A stretch of DNA of 64,000 nt from the human T2T-CHM13v2.0 reference genome, Homo sapiens. The notes below the pieces were generated by a model. It searched no databases. It worked only from the letters and a program-made list of their open reading frames with translations, and had not been told where the DNA came from. Below are positions 27,353 through 43,700 of the stretch, piece by piece. The position numbers and the translations under genes were made by a program. Location of the stretch: the NCBI RefSeq assembly GCF_009914755.1, contig NC_060941.1; one strand, written 5' to 3'. Numbering within the stretch: the first letter of the stretch is position 1; every line of letters begins with the position of its first letter.

Positions 27353-28759
27353 CTTCATTCTATACTTCAAATTCTATACTAGCTTAGGAAAACTTCATTC
27401 TATACTTCAAATATTATTGTGGTAAGGAGCAGTGTGAAATCACCCCCTCTGAACCTCCATACCTGAGCTATAAATCAAGGGGAAGGACTTGATGATCTTT
27501 AGGTCTCTTCTGTCTCTATGTGCTTGTCATTTTCCTAACTGTCCAGGGAGGTGGACCTGAACATGATGGCTGGAAGCCAATGCAAGAGTTTTAAGATGCT
27601 GGATAACATCTTTGCAGGGCTGGCTTTGTTGTGACGACTGACTACCAAACCCCAGAGTCTTCCAAGGTTTTTCTGGGCAGAGGAACTGCCCTTTCTGGAA
27701 CAACCCTCCAGAGAATGGAGGAAAGAACATTTCTAAGCAGAAGCCCAGTGATTCTGGGTTGAACCGCCTGGAAACCCCGTGGAATGGTTCTGGTTGAGGC
27801 TTTGCCTCCAGGGCTGACCTCCAGGGCAGGAAGTTCTGGGGAGGAGCTATGGCTGAGATCCTCAGTGGTTAAGTCAGCCCAGTCACATAGAACAGTCATA
27901 GAGTCATAGGCCAGCCCAACTCCAGAGGCCATCAGAGTCAGCACACTTCTACTGGCATTAGAGGTGGGGCATTTGGAAGGGCACAGAGGACTGAGGCTGA
28001 ACCTGCACAGATTCTGGATGAAGTTGGGTGTGCCTCCCTTTACAAATTCGAGTTTCCCAGTAAAAGTTAAGCATACATCTTTTTAATACATTGATGAAAG
28101 TCTATTTTCAGGGAACTACATATTAAAAAAAAAGGTATGTATGCCAGATGCCCTCTGTATAGCCATGAAAGTCCCTGTACCATGGAATGGCAATTAACGA
28201 GGAAATTAATTTTGACCAGGAGATAATATAAGTGATTGAACTTTTACAGAGTATTTTCATATACACAAGCTTATTTATCCTGATAATAACCCCTGGGAGG
28301 TAGGTAAGGCAGGCTGGTAAACCGAGGCACAGCTGTTCAATGACAGACCTGAAGTTGGAACTTGGGCCTCCTTTGTCAATGCTCAGAGGTGAGGCCGACT
28401 GGAAAAGGATGGGAGATTTGTTTGGTAAGAGTAGATTTCCACGGATTGTTATTTTTTAGCAAGCCAACTCTTAGAGTGATTGAAAATACCTTTACTTCAT
28501 TAATCTACATGCAATTTTCTACCACTGTTTTTTCTCCCTTCTGAGAAGTCAAAAAAAAAAAAAAAAAAAACAAAACCCAAAACAACAACAAAAAACACCA
28601 AACATCTTTTTGCTTCTTATCACTTCACTTTGACGGAGCTCAGCTCATAATACAATTCTACTGCTGGCAGGCCCTGGTTTTTCTTGTCTATGACTGTCAG
28701 CTGTCCAGTAACCATCTATCTTCCTTTCGGCCCCTACTCTCTCTTCTCTTTTTTACATG

Positions 28760-29233
28760 AAAATCTTTGGGAAAATACATTTGGCAATATTTTTTTTCAA
28801 GAGCCTTGCAAATGCTCATTACCCCTGATGCAGTCATCTCACCTTTCCAGAAACCAGCGTAAGGAAAGAATTAAAATTAGCCTAATAAAATAATCTCAAA
28901 GCTCTATGTACAAAGATGTTCAGCAGAATATTATTTATAATAGCAAAAACAGATAAAGCAATTCAAGTGTTCAACAATAGAGAGATGATAAGTAAATTAT
29001 ATGTCTGTTTGATGGAAATATTATGCAATCGTTAAAATGATGGATATGGAGAGTACGTTGGATCAAGGAAATGACACTTCCAACATAATGTTGAACAGAG
29101 AGGAGCAGCACCTGCTTATACTGTATGGTTATGGCTCTAAAAAAACCAAAAACCAAAAACCAAACCCACAAAACTATATGCGGAAAAAGATAACTGAAAA
29201 ACTGTTTTGAAGTATTAAACTCAGGATGTCTTT
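28760..29233 (+). mobile_element. Old L1ME/MC 3' fragment (target of the L1PA insertion; resumes at about 34898-34990)
   Basis: tatgtacaaagatgttcagcagaatattatttataatagcaaaa...gataagtaaattat motifs. Confidence 0.6.
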
Positions 29234-29454
29234 ATATATATATATATTTTATTATACTTTAGGTTCTAGGGTACATGTGCACAACGTGCAGGTTTGTTAC
29301 ATATGTATACATGTGCCATGTTGGTGTGCTGCACCCATTAACTCGTCATTTACATTAGGTATCTCTCCTAATGCTATCCCTCCCCACTCCCCCAACCCCA
29401 CAACAGGCCCCAGTGTGTGATGTTCCCCTTCCTGTGTCCAAGTGTTCTCATTAT

Positions 29455-33281
<3,827 letters not shown>

Positions 33282-33344
33282 TATGATGTTAGCTGCTTAT
33301 TTTCCTCATTAGTTGATGCAGTTTCTTCCTAGCATCGATGGTCT

Positions 33345-34359
33345 TTACAATTTGTCATGTTTTTGCAGTGGCTGGTACCAGCTGTTCCTTTCCATGTTTA
33401 GTGCTTCCTTCAGGAGCTCTTGTAGGGCAGGCCTGGCGGTGACAAAATCTCTCAGCATTTGCTTGTCTGTAAAGTATTTTATTTCTCCTTCACTTATGAA
33501 GCTTAGTTTGGCTGGATATGAAATTATGGGTTGAAAATTCTTTCCTTTAAGAATGTTGAATATTGGCCCCCCCTCTCTTCTGGCTTGTAGAGTTTCTGCT
33601 GAGAGATCAGCTGTTAGTCTGATGGGCTTCCCTTTGTGGGTAACCCAACCTTTCTCTCTGGCTGCCCTTAACATTTTTTCCTTCATTTCAACTTTGGTGA
33701 GTCTGACAATTATGTGTCTTGGAGTTGCTCTTCTCAAGGAGTATCTTTGTGGCATTCTCTGTATTTCCTGAATTTGAATGTTGGCCTGCCTTGCTAGGTT
33801 GGGGAATATCCTGGATAATATCCTGCAGAGTGTTTTCCAATTTGGTTCCATTCTCCCCGTCACTTTCAGGTACACCAATCAGACGTAGATTTTGTCTTTT
33901 CACATAGTCCCATATTTCTTGGAGGCTTTGTTCGTTTCTTTTTATTCTTTTTTCTCTAAACTTCTCTTCTCGCTTCATTTCATTCATTCGATCTTCAATC
34001 ATTGATACCTTTTCTTCCAGTTGATCGAATCGGTTACTGAAGCTTGTGCATTTGTCACGTAGTTCTCGTGCCATGGTTTTCAGCTCCATCAGGTCCTTTA
34101 AGGACTTCTCTGCATTGGTTATTCTAGTTAGCCAGTTGTCTAGTCTTTTTTCAAGGTTTTTAACTTCTTTGCGATGGGTTCACACTTCCTCCTTTAGCTC
34201 GGAGAAGTTTGATTGTCTGAAGCCTTCTTCTCTCAGCTCGTCAAAGTCATTCTCCATCGAGCTTTGTTCCGTTGATGGTGAGGAGCTGCGTTCCTTTGGA
34301 GGAGGAGAGGCGCTCTGATTTTTAGAATTTTCAGTTTTTCTGCTCTGTTTTTTCCCCAT
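33345..34359 (-). pseudogene. L1 ORF1p, inactivated
   Basis: ATG at 34359 (MGKKQSRK...); premature TGA at 34182-34180; frameshift near 33810 between ORFs 33688-34089 and 33345-33878; C-terminus ...QPLQKHDKL*. Confidence 0.9.
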
Positions 34360-35259
34360 CTTTGTGGTTTTATCTACCTTTGGTGTTTGATGATGGTGAC
34401 GTACAGATGGGGTTTTGGTGTGGCTGTCCTTTCTGTTTGTTAGTTTTCCTTCTAACTGTCAGAACCCTCAGCTGCAGGTCTGTTGGAGTTTTCTGGAGGT
34501 CCACTCCAGACCCTGTTTGCCTGGGTAATCTTCAATACCTGTTTGCCTGGGTTTGTGGGTTCAGCAGCGGAGGCTGCAGAACAGCGAATATTGCTGAACA
34601 GCAAATGTTGCTGTCTGATCATTCCTCTGGATGTTTCATCTCAGAGGGGTACCTGGCCGTGTGAGGTGTCAGTCTGCCCCTACTGGGGGGTGCATCCCAG
34701 TTAGGCTACTCGGGGGTCAGGGACCCACTTGAGGAGGCAGTCTGTCTGTTCTCAGATCTCAAACTCCGTGCTGGGAGAACCACTACTCTCTTCAAAGCTC
34801 AGTTGGAAACGCAGAAATCACCCATCTTCTGCGTCACTCACGCTGGGAGCTTTAGAATGGAGTTGTTCCTATTCGGCCATCTTGGAACCCCCAATTCAAA
34901 CTCAGTATGTCTTTTGGTGGTCCACATTTTATTCTTTCTACTTTTCTGTGTTTTCCAAGTTTACAGTCATGCACATGCAGAGCTTCTGAAATGGAAAGAT
35001 GATATGTCCTTTGCACAGTACTGTGGGGAATGATTGAGAACATGGAGTTACAGAGAGGCTTGGGCTTGAATTAGAGCCCAGTCACGTAGAAGGTTTGTGG
35101 CTTGGGGAAGGTCATTAAATTCTCTTATTGTCAGGTTCCCCAGCTGGGAAATGGGGACATATCACACTTAATAGGCAGGTTTTTTTTTTGAGAGTGTGTT
35201 TAATTTACTGAAATTAATGGCACATAATAGGGGCTCTGTATTTATTGAAAATGATTGAA

Positions 35260-35655
35260 CATATATATTTTTTGAGACAAAGTCTTGGTTTGTCACCCAG
35301 GCTGGAGTGCAGTGGTACAGTCATAGCTAACTGCGGCCTCGAACTCCTGGGCACAAGTGATCATCCCATCTCAGCCACCTGAGTAGCTGGGACTACAGCT
35401 GCTCAGTCACCACTTCCTGCTATTTTTTTTTTTTTGAGAATTGGGGTCTCACTATGATGCCCAGGCAGTCCTCAGAATCCTGAGCTCAAGCAGTTCTCCC
35501 ACCTCAGCCTCTCAAATAGCTAGGACTACAGGTGCACACCACCACATCTGGCTAATTTTTATTTTTTATTTTGTTGTAGAGTTGGGGGTCTTGCTTTGTC
35601 GCCCAGGCTGGCCTCAAACTCCTGGCCTGAAGCCATCCTCCTGCCTTGGCCTCCC
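35260..35655 (-). mobile_element. Three-monomer AluJ-type element, 5'-truncated
   Basis: Three Alu monomers separated by A-rich linkers; single 11-bp TSD aaatgattgaa (35249-35259, 35656-35666). Confidence 0.8.
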
Positions 35656-36857
35656 AAATGATTGAATTCTTATTAGTCAAATAATATCTGGAGGAGGATA
35701 GGGGAGGCAACTTCCATTCTCAACTTCCACTCACTCATCTAGTGTGTATTTGTTAAGTGTCTACCATGTGCAAGAAGTAGAGGTAAGGGAATGTGTCATT
35801 AACATTAGCCTCATGAGACATAACAAACTGAGGGAGAAAAATCAGGCTATGTAATTGACAGAATAAAAAGTGGAGTAAAATGAAAAACTATATGTCCGAT
35901 TTTTAAAGTTTTTATTCATTTATCCTTCATAGGAGCCCTTTGAAATTGGAATGATTTTCAATCCACTTTGACGGATGAGGCCCGAAAAGTCAAGGCCTTT
36001 GTATGAGATCCTACAGTGATAAAGGTAGGGCTGGGCTTCTGTCTCAGACCAGTGGGATGTTAAGGCGACACATCAAGCCCCCTCCCAACCTACAACAGAA
36101 AGGCTCTCTTTGACCATGTGCTTCCCACCATGGCGGGACACCTGGGCCCCATTTCCTAACAGGATTTCCTCTCGGGGAGTATGAACCCATCTCCAGCGAG
36201 TCCTTTCCCCGTGGCAGCTGATGTCTTTTTATTTGGGGGAAGGCAAGGGCTTCATTGCTCAGGGGCAGTGAAGAACTTCCAGAATTGGGGACTTGGTAGT
36301 GAGGGCTGAGAGAGAACAACTTGGAACACATCTGGGTGAAGACTTTTAAAAACTGTGATACCTGGGAGAAGAATGGCTGTCTCTGATAATGAACACAAAC
36401 TCTGGCGTGCATGGTGTGTGGATTCTCACCCTGCTAGCAGTTGGCGAGGTCCTGGACCCCATGACCCATCTAATACTTATTCAGCAGATGTTTAGTAGAG
36501 CTTTGGAGGCCACCCAGCCTGGTGCTAGGCTTAGGCTGGAGGGTAAAGGATGTCCTCATGGGCCATTTAAAGAGACAAGACACGTACATATTGAAGATTT
36601 TCGGCTAAAAACTCAGCGTCATGGAACCAGGATCAGGAAAGGGGAAACTTGGCAGGGCCCTCCCTTTCCATCAGATCCAGTGCCTTCACTTTACAGATGG
36701 ACAATTTGAAGACCTATAGAGGAAAAGTGACTTTACCAAGGCCACACAACCATGTTAATCCATTGTTGGTTCAGGATAAAGTAAATCAGGGCAGGCTTTT
36801 GGAGGTGAGCTACCTGCTATACCTGGAAACCACGGCTTAGAGCTTTGAAGCAAAATA

Positions 36858-37700
36858 ATTCATTCAACAAACATTTCCTAGATGCTTCCTGGGGCCAGGT
36901 CCTCTGTTGGACTCTGGGGATATAAAGGTGAGGAAAATGAAGGATTCCCTCAAGGTGCCCCAGAATACTCAGGGGACAGAGATACAAAAATATGGGTGAT
37001 TACAGGGCAGTAAGTAGTACTCTTGGCAACAGGCAGGAGCCTGGGGAGTCTGGAAGGTAAACCTGGGATTGTAAAATGATGGATGAGTTAGTTACCAAGC
37101 AGGCCTGAAGGAAGGGCATCACTGGCAGTGGGAACATCGCAGGCAAAAGACCAGAATCTTTGGCGAGCATGGCTCTCCGGGGCACTGACAAGACAATTCT
37201 AATGGCCAAAATAGAGTTCTTGCAGATAAATAATGGGGCCAACTCATGAAATGGCCAAGCCTAGGCAAGGGTTGAAAGATGGGGATTCTACTTTCAAGGA
37301 AGGATTGGAATCTGAGTCAAGAGACATCTGTGGATTAATAACTCGTGTACCAAGGGCCACAGACAAAGTTGATTCAGAGGAAAAGACCTCTGTGGGCATC
37401 TGAGAAGGCTTCCTGGAGGAGGTGGCATGGAAGGAAGTGTTGGATTTGTATATGAGTAGCTAGAGGAGATGGTAGCATGGAAGAAAGTGTTGGATTTGTA
37501 TATGAGGAGCTAGAGGAGATGGAATTCTGAGAAAGATAAAAGGGCAGGCAAGGTTCAGAGATGGGAATCTGCAGGGCACACTGAGTAGCTCTTTTTGACA
37601 GAGCATCACATCAAGTATGAAACTGGATCACAGGAGGCCTTGAACTTTGGCTTCAAGAAACCACACTTTATTCTTTAGAGTGCAGTTCAACCACTTCAGT
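36858..37700 (-). mobile_element. L2 relics
   Basis: ttcattcaacaaacatttcc tail and gaaggcttcctggaggaggtggca motif. Confidence 0.55.
37421..37520 (+). repeat. Tandem duplication, 50-bp period, 2 copies
   Basis: ggt(g/a)gcatggaag(g/a)aagtgttggatttgtatatgag(t/g)agctagaggagat twice, 3 mismatches. Confidence 0.93.
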
Positions 37701-38393
37701 AGGGAGCCACCAAGGGTGTCTAAGTGAGGGTGGAGCAGGTTTAGGGATGCCTGTAAAGTCTGACTTTCCAGAATGTCTCAATTGCCTGAAATATAACTGA
37801 ACTCTCATCAGGGTAGAGAGAAACAGCAACTTTGCAAAGTTAAAAAAGAAGAGAAGTGAATCCTCATGGCTAATGAGAGGATGGAGGTGGGCCAGGACGA
37901 GGCGAATTGTTCCTTCAAAGCCACTTTGCCTTGGCTGTTGGGAATGACTTCTTTAATGCATCATCAACCTTTTCTGAGTAGTCCACAACCCCTGCAGAGC
38001 AGCCTGGGCCCAAAGCAAGGGGAGGATTAACTAAATGTATTTGCTGCATGGGGCTCTGGAGAGAGAGGGCTCCGGGCAAGACCTTGTCTCTGACCTGGGA
38101 GAGCCAGTACCGAGAGGAGGTCAAATAAAGATGCTTGCCCACTCAGACAACCCAGAGAGTGCAACGGCAGGGGAAAACCTGGTAAGTGAGATCCCTTTGT
38201 GGGCTTCTAGGTGACTGGACCTGGGGGGGTGGAAGGGTGGAATTATCAGAGGGATGCAGGCCTAGGTTGACCAATAATTTCAGTTTTAGAATTGAAAGTC
38301 TCACTTCCCCAAAGACCCTCAGTCATGAGCAAGCCAGGATGGTTGGTCACTGTAGAGGCAACACCCAGAGGCAATAGAAAATAAGTGATTGTG

Positions 38394-38649
38394 CCTGAGG
38401 TCAGGAGTTCGAGATCATCCTGACCAACATGGAGAAACCCCGTTTCTACTAAAAATACAAAATTAGCTGGGCATGGTGGTGCATGCCTGTAATCTCAGCT
38501 ACTCAGGAGGCTGAGGCAGGAGAATTGCTTGAACCTGGGAGGCAGAGGTTGCAGTAAGAAAGCTGAGACTGTGCTATTGCCTGGGCAACAAGAGCGAAAC
38601 TCCATCTCAAAACAAAACAAAACAAAACAAAACAAAACAAAACAAACCC
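38394..38649 (+). mobile_element. 5'-truncated AluSp with (CAAAA)n tail
   Basis: catggagaaacccc, caacaagagcgaaactcc; perfect 16-bp TSD aaaataagtgattgtg (38378-38393, 38650-38665). Confidence 0.9.
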
Positions 38650-40382
38650 AAAATAAGTGATTGTGAATTTAAGCAGTTGCAACTCAGTGCCAAGCCCTAA
38701 ATTGGTAAATATATTGGCATACAATTATTTATAGTTTTCTTATATCACCCTTTGTACACATGGAGTCTGTGCTGTGTTGCCTCTCTCACTTTTAATGATA
38801 ACTTGTGCTTTTTCTTTTTCTGATCATTCTGGTTAGAGGTTTATCAATTTTATTAATATCAAAAAAAATCTTTTGGCCTCCTTGTTTTTCTCTATTGTTT
38901 TTCTATTTCATTGATTTCGGCTGGAATCATCATCATTTTCCTTGCCATGCTTAGTGTTGGCTCAATTTGCTCTTCTTTTTTTTTAGTTTTTTAATGCAGA
39001 AGCTGAGGTCATGATTTAAGACTTTTCTTCTTTTCCTAATATAGGTATTTAATTCTGTAAATTTACCTGTTGGTATTGTGCTACTGGCAGCACATAAATT
39101 TTTATATGATAGGTTTTCATTTTAACCTCTTCAAAATTCTTTTTAATTTCACTTTTGATTTCTTCTTTCATCCATGGATTATTTAGAAGTGTGTTATTTT
39201 GCTTCTGAATATTTGGAGATTTTCCAGCTATCTTTCTGTTATTGTTTTAACTTAATTTCATTATGATCACAGGACATACTTTCTATGACTTGAATCCTTT
39301 TGAATGTATTGAGGCTTGTTTTATGGCCCAGAATATGGTCTATCTTGGTAAGCGTGCTGTGTGTACTCGTAAAGAATGTGTATTTTGCTATTGTTCTGTG
39401 GAGTGCTGTATAAGCCATCATTGGGTCAACTTGGTTGAGAGTGTTGTTCAAATCTTCTATATCCTTGCTGGTTTTCTGTCTACTTGTCCTATCAATTATT
39501 GAGAGAGGGGTTTTGAAGTCTCCAGGCATAATTGTGGATTTGTTGATTTTTTTTTGCAGTTCTATCAGTTTTTGCTTTCTGTATTTTGAAACTCTGCTAT
39601 TAGGTGCATAAATATTTAGGTTTGCTCTGTCCTCTTGGTGACTTGACCTTTTTATGATTATGAAATGACCTTCTTTGTCCCTGGTGATATTATTTGTTCT
39701 GAATCATATTTTGTCTGATATTAGCATAGCCATTTCAACTTTGTTTTTGATCAGTGTAAGTATGGTATATATGTTTCCATCCTTTAAAAAAAACTATTTT
39801 TACCTTTATATTTAAAATACATTTTTTCTGGGTAACCAGCATATAGTTGAAACTTTCTTTTTTTAATCCAGTTTGGCAATTCCTTAAATTGTTGTGGTTA
39901 AAACATTTGCATTAAATGTGATTATTGATGTGTTAGATTTAAGCCTATTATTTTGTTATATGTGTTCTACTAGTCCCATTTTTTTCTCTTTTCTCCCTTC
40001 CCTCATTTTCTGCCTCCAACTGCAGTAAATGAAGATAAAATATTTTGGACTAAAATTGGACATTTTTGTGATTTCATTTATACCCTTTGTTGGATTATAA
40101 GCTAAAACTTTTCAGTTTGCTCTTTTAGTGGCTGTTGTAGAGTTTATATATAAATCTTTAAGTCATCATAGTCTACCTTCAAGTATAGCACTTCAGGCAG
40201 AGTAGAAGAATTTTCCAATGGTATTCTCCCATTTTTTCCATCTTGTCCTTTACGATATTGCTGTCATTTATTTTACTTATACATATGTTATAAAGTTCAT
40301 AATATGTTGTTATTATTTAAGCATTCAACTATCTTTTAAGTAAATGTAAATAACAAGGAAAATATATTTACCATTGTAGTTA

Positions 40383-40751
<369 letters not shown>

Positions 40752-43700
40752 ATACAATTTCTGGTGCTCCTCATTCCTTTTGTGTGAACCCATATTTCCA
40801 TCTGATGTCAATTTCCTTTTCCTTGAAGAAAAATCTCTTGGAATACAGATCTGCTGGTGATAGATATGCTGGAGTAAGGATCCGCTGGCTCTTCTGCTTT
40901 TATATGTCTGAGAAGACTTATTTTGCTTAATTTTTGGAGGCATTTTTACTAGATATAGATTTTTAGATTGACAGCTTTTTTTTTTCTTCCAATACTTGAC
41001 AGATATTGCTCCACTGTCTTCTCTGTTGCATTGTTTCTGGTGAGGAATCTACTGTCTTCCTTATCTTTATTCCTCTGTAGGTAATGAGTTATTTTTCTCT
41101 GGACGCTTTTAACATTTTCTTTTATAACTGGCTTTGAGCAATTTCGGTATGACTTTGCTGTAGTTTTCTTCATGTTTCTTGTGCTTGGGGTTCTTTGAAC
41201 TTTTTTATGTGGATTTATAATTTTCATAAAATTTGGAAAGGATTTGGCCATCATTTTATAAAATTTTTGTTTCTGCCCTCCCACCTGCCCCATACTTCTT
41301 GAAAGACTCTAAATACCAGTATGTTAGGCCACTGGAAGTTGTCTCATTGCTACATTCTTCATTTTAAAAATCCTTCTTTTTCTATTTCATTTCAATCTCC
41401 TCAAGTTAACTAATCTTTTCCTCTGCAATGTTTAATTTGCTGTTCATCTTATCCAGTGTATTTTTAAAATCAAAGCCATTGTAGTTTTTAATCTCTAGAA
41501 GTTCAACTTGGCTTTTTAACAAATGTATTCCATGTCCATCCTTTGAACTTATGAGATTTAGCTATAAATGTTTTAATGTCCTTGCTGGCAATTTCTAATA
41601 TGTGTTCATTCTGGGTTATTTTAATTGATTAATTATTCTCATCATAGGTCATATTTTCCTGCTTCTTTGCATGCCAATCATGGATGCCAGACATCATGAT
41701 TGGATGCCAGATGTCATGAATTTTAACATGTTGGGTATTGAATTTTTTATATCCCTATAAATATTCTTGAGCTTTGTTCTGGAACACATTTAAGTTACTT
41801 AGAAAGAGTTTGACCCATTTGGGTTTTGCTTGAAGATTTGTTAGGCAGAAACAAAGCAGCTTTTAGTTTAGGGCTAATTATTTCCTGTTACTGATGCAAG
41901 ACCCTTGTGGATACTTTACCAAGTGTTCCATGAATTATGAGGGTTTCCAGTTTGACTAGTAGGAATAGGCACTATTCCCAGCTCTGTGTGAGTGCTGCCA
42001 GGCACTGTTTCCTCTCATCTTCTCAAATCATTCTTTCTCTGGTTTTGGGTAGTTTTCTCACATGCCTACCCCAATGAGGAATATGCTGAATTTTCAAGGA
42101 GGATTTTTCAGATCTCTGGAGTTCTGTCTCTGTGAAGTCCTCTCCTCTCTGGTGCTCTGTCCTGTGAACTCTGGTTGTCTCGGTCTTTCTGGACTCATAG
42201 CTCTGTGTCCTTGACTCAGGGAGTCACTGGGCTCAACCTGGGTCCCCCTCCCTGTGCAGGGCTGGAAAGTCTTTCAAGGGCATAAGCTGGGGCAATCATA
42301 GTGCTCACCTTTGCTTATTTCTCATCTCTTTGGGGTCACCATCCCTTGTTGCCTAATATTCAATGTCTTGAATAATTGTTTTTCATATATTTTGTTTTTG
42401 GTGTTACTGTTGAGGGTAAGTCCACAAGCTGTACCTACATCTTGGCTGGAAGCAGAAGTCTCTGAAGTGGAAGCAGAAGCCTCCACTGCCATCATTCGTC
42501 CAGGCCATCTCAATAACAGGCTAATTTTAATACCAATAACAATAACACTAAATGCCATTCCAAAGTAAAGAGTAGACTTGTATCAGGTGGCCCATCTCTA
42601 CTACGTGTCATTGCTTCTCCATTCAGAAAAGAGTGACATAGCTGCTTCACAACTGAAGTACTTTCATAGCTATTGCCAAATCTGATCCTCTCAACAGCCA
42701 GGTGACGTACGTAGGCAGGCATTCGGCCATTTGACGGGGAGAGAGTTTGAGGTCCAAAGAGGTATAGTGATCTGCTCATGGCTACCTAGACAGCAAATGG
42801 GAGTCAGAACTATAACCAGGACCTCTGTCCTAGACTCTAGGGATGGATTTGCTGCTTCCTCTCTCCTGCACATCAAGGCACCAGGCAGGGGCCTTAGCTT
42901 TCACTCCTGATCAATAATGAGACATTCATTTCCCCACTGGGAAGAAGGAGGATGAGTAATCCACTCCCCCTGCTAGAAAACACAAGGGGAAGTGATGCAG
43001 CAATCAACGCCATCCCAGGCGAGCCTCTGTGCTGCCTGGATTCACGGCACGCAGGGCACAATGCTGTATTTTTCTGACCATTGCCATGGTGTGTGGACAA
43101 AATATGAGCACGTTTCCTTGGAAAACTTCAACAGTGACTCACCCTCATTTCTACCGGGATCAGTTGAAGAATGGGCAAGCTGGTAGTTGGGGGGAGGGAA
43201 TAGCCGGGAGCAAAATCAGGACACAGATAACAGCAATGTTTGCTACCTGTCAGCAAGTGGGTTGCTAATGCAAAGTGGTTTCTTAAAAGCTTGGAAAATA
43301 AAAACAACAGCCATTACATTCAAAGAGAAGTTAGCATTAGAAAACGATGTGTAGCTCTGAAATGAATTCTCTTTAATCAAGGATCTCATTTTCTCTTGGT
43401 TACCAAAAGTTCTGTCCACATGGAGTGGTCAGAAGGCTCTGGTCCCTTTGCTGGCCTGCGAGCTCAGAAGCAGCATGGGGTGGTGAAAAGAGCACAGGCT
43501 TTGGAATCTGAAAGGTCGGGGTTTGAATTGTATCTCTCCCTTAGCAAGCCTTAGTTTCCCCATGTATAAGATGGGCACAGGGAAGCCTATCTTGCAAGGT
43601 GGCTGTGATGAGGCAGCCTGGATAAAGGAGCTGGTGCACGGTGCTCACTCATTGCGACCATCACAATGGGGATCCCGAGAGACTAAGAACAGGGAACAAT

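Noticed and set aside
27352-27412. Repeat-spacer-repeat resembling a CRISPR unit
   Set aside because: Only two repeats, eukaryotic intron, no cas genes; reported as a local duplication instead.
28551-28603. Long A-rich tract as the tail of a retroposed element
   Set aside because: No recognisable element body or TSD upstream; treated as a simple low-complexity run.
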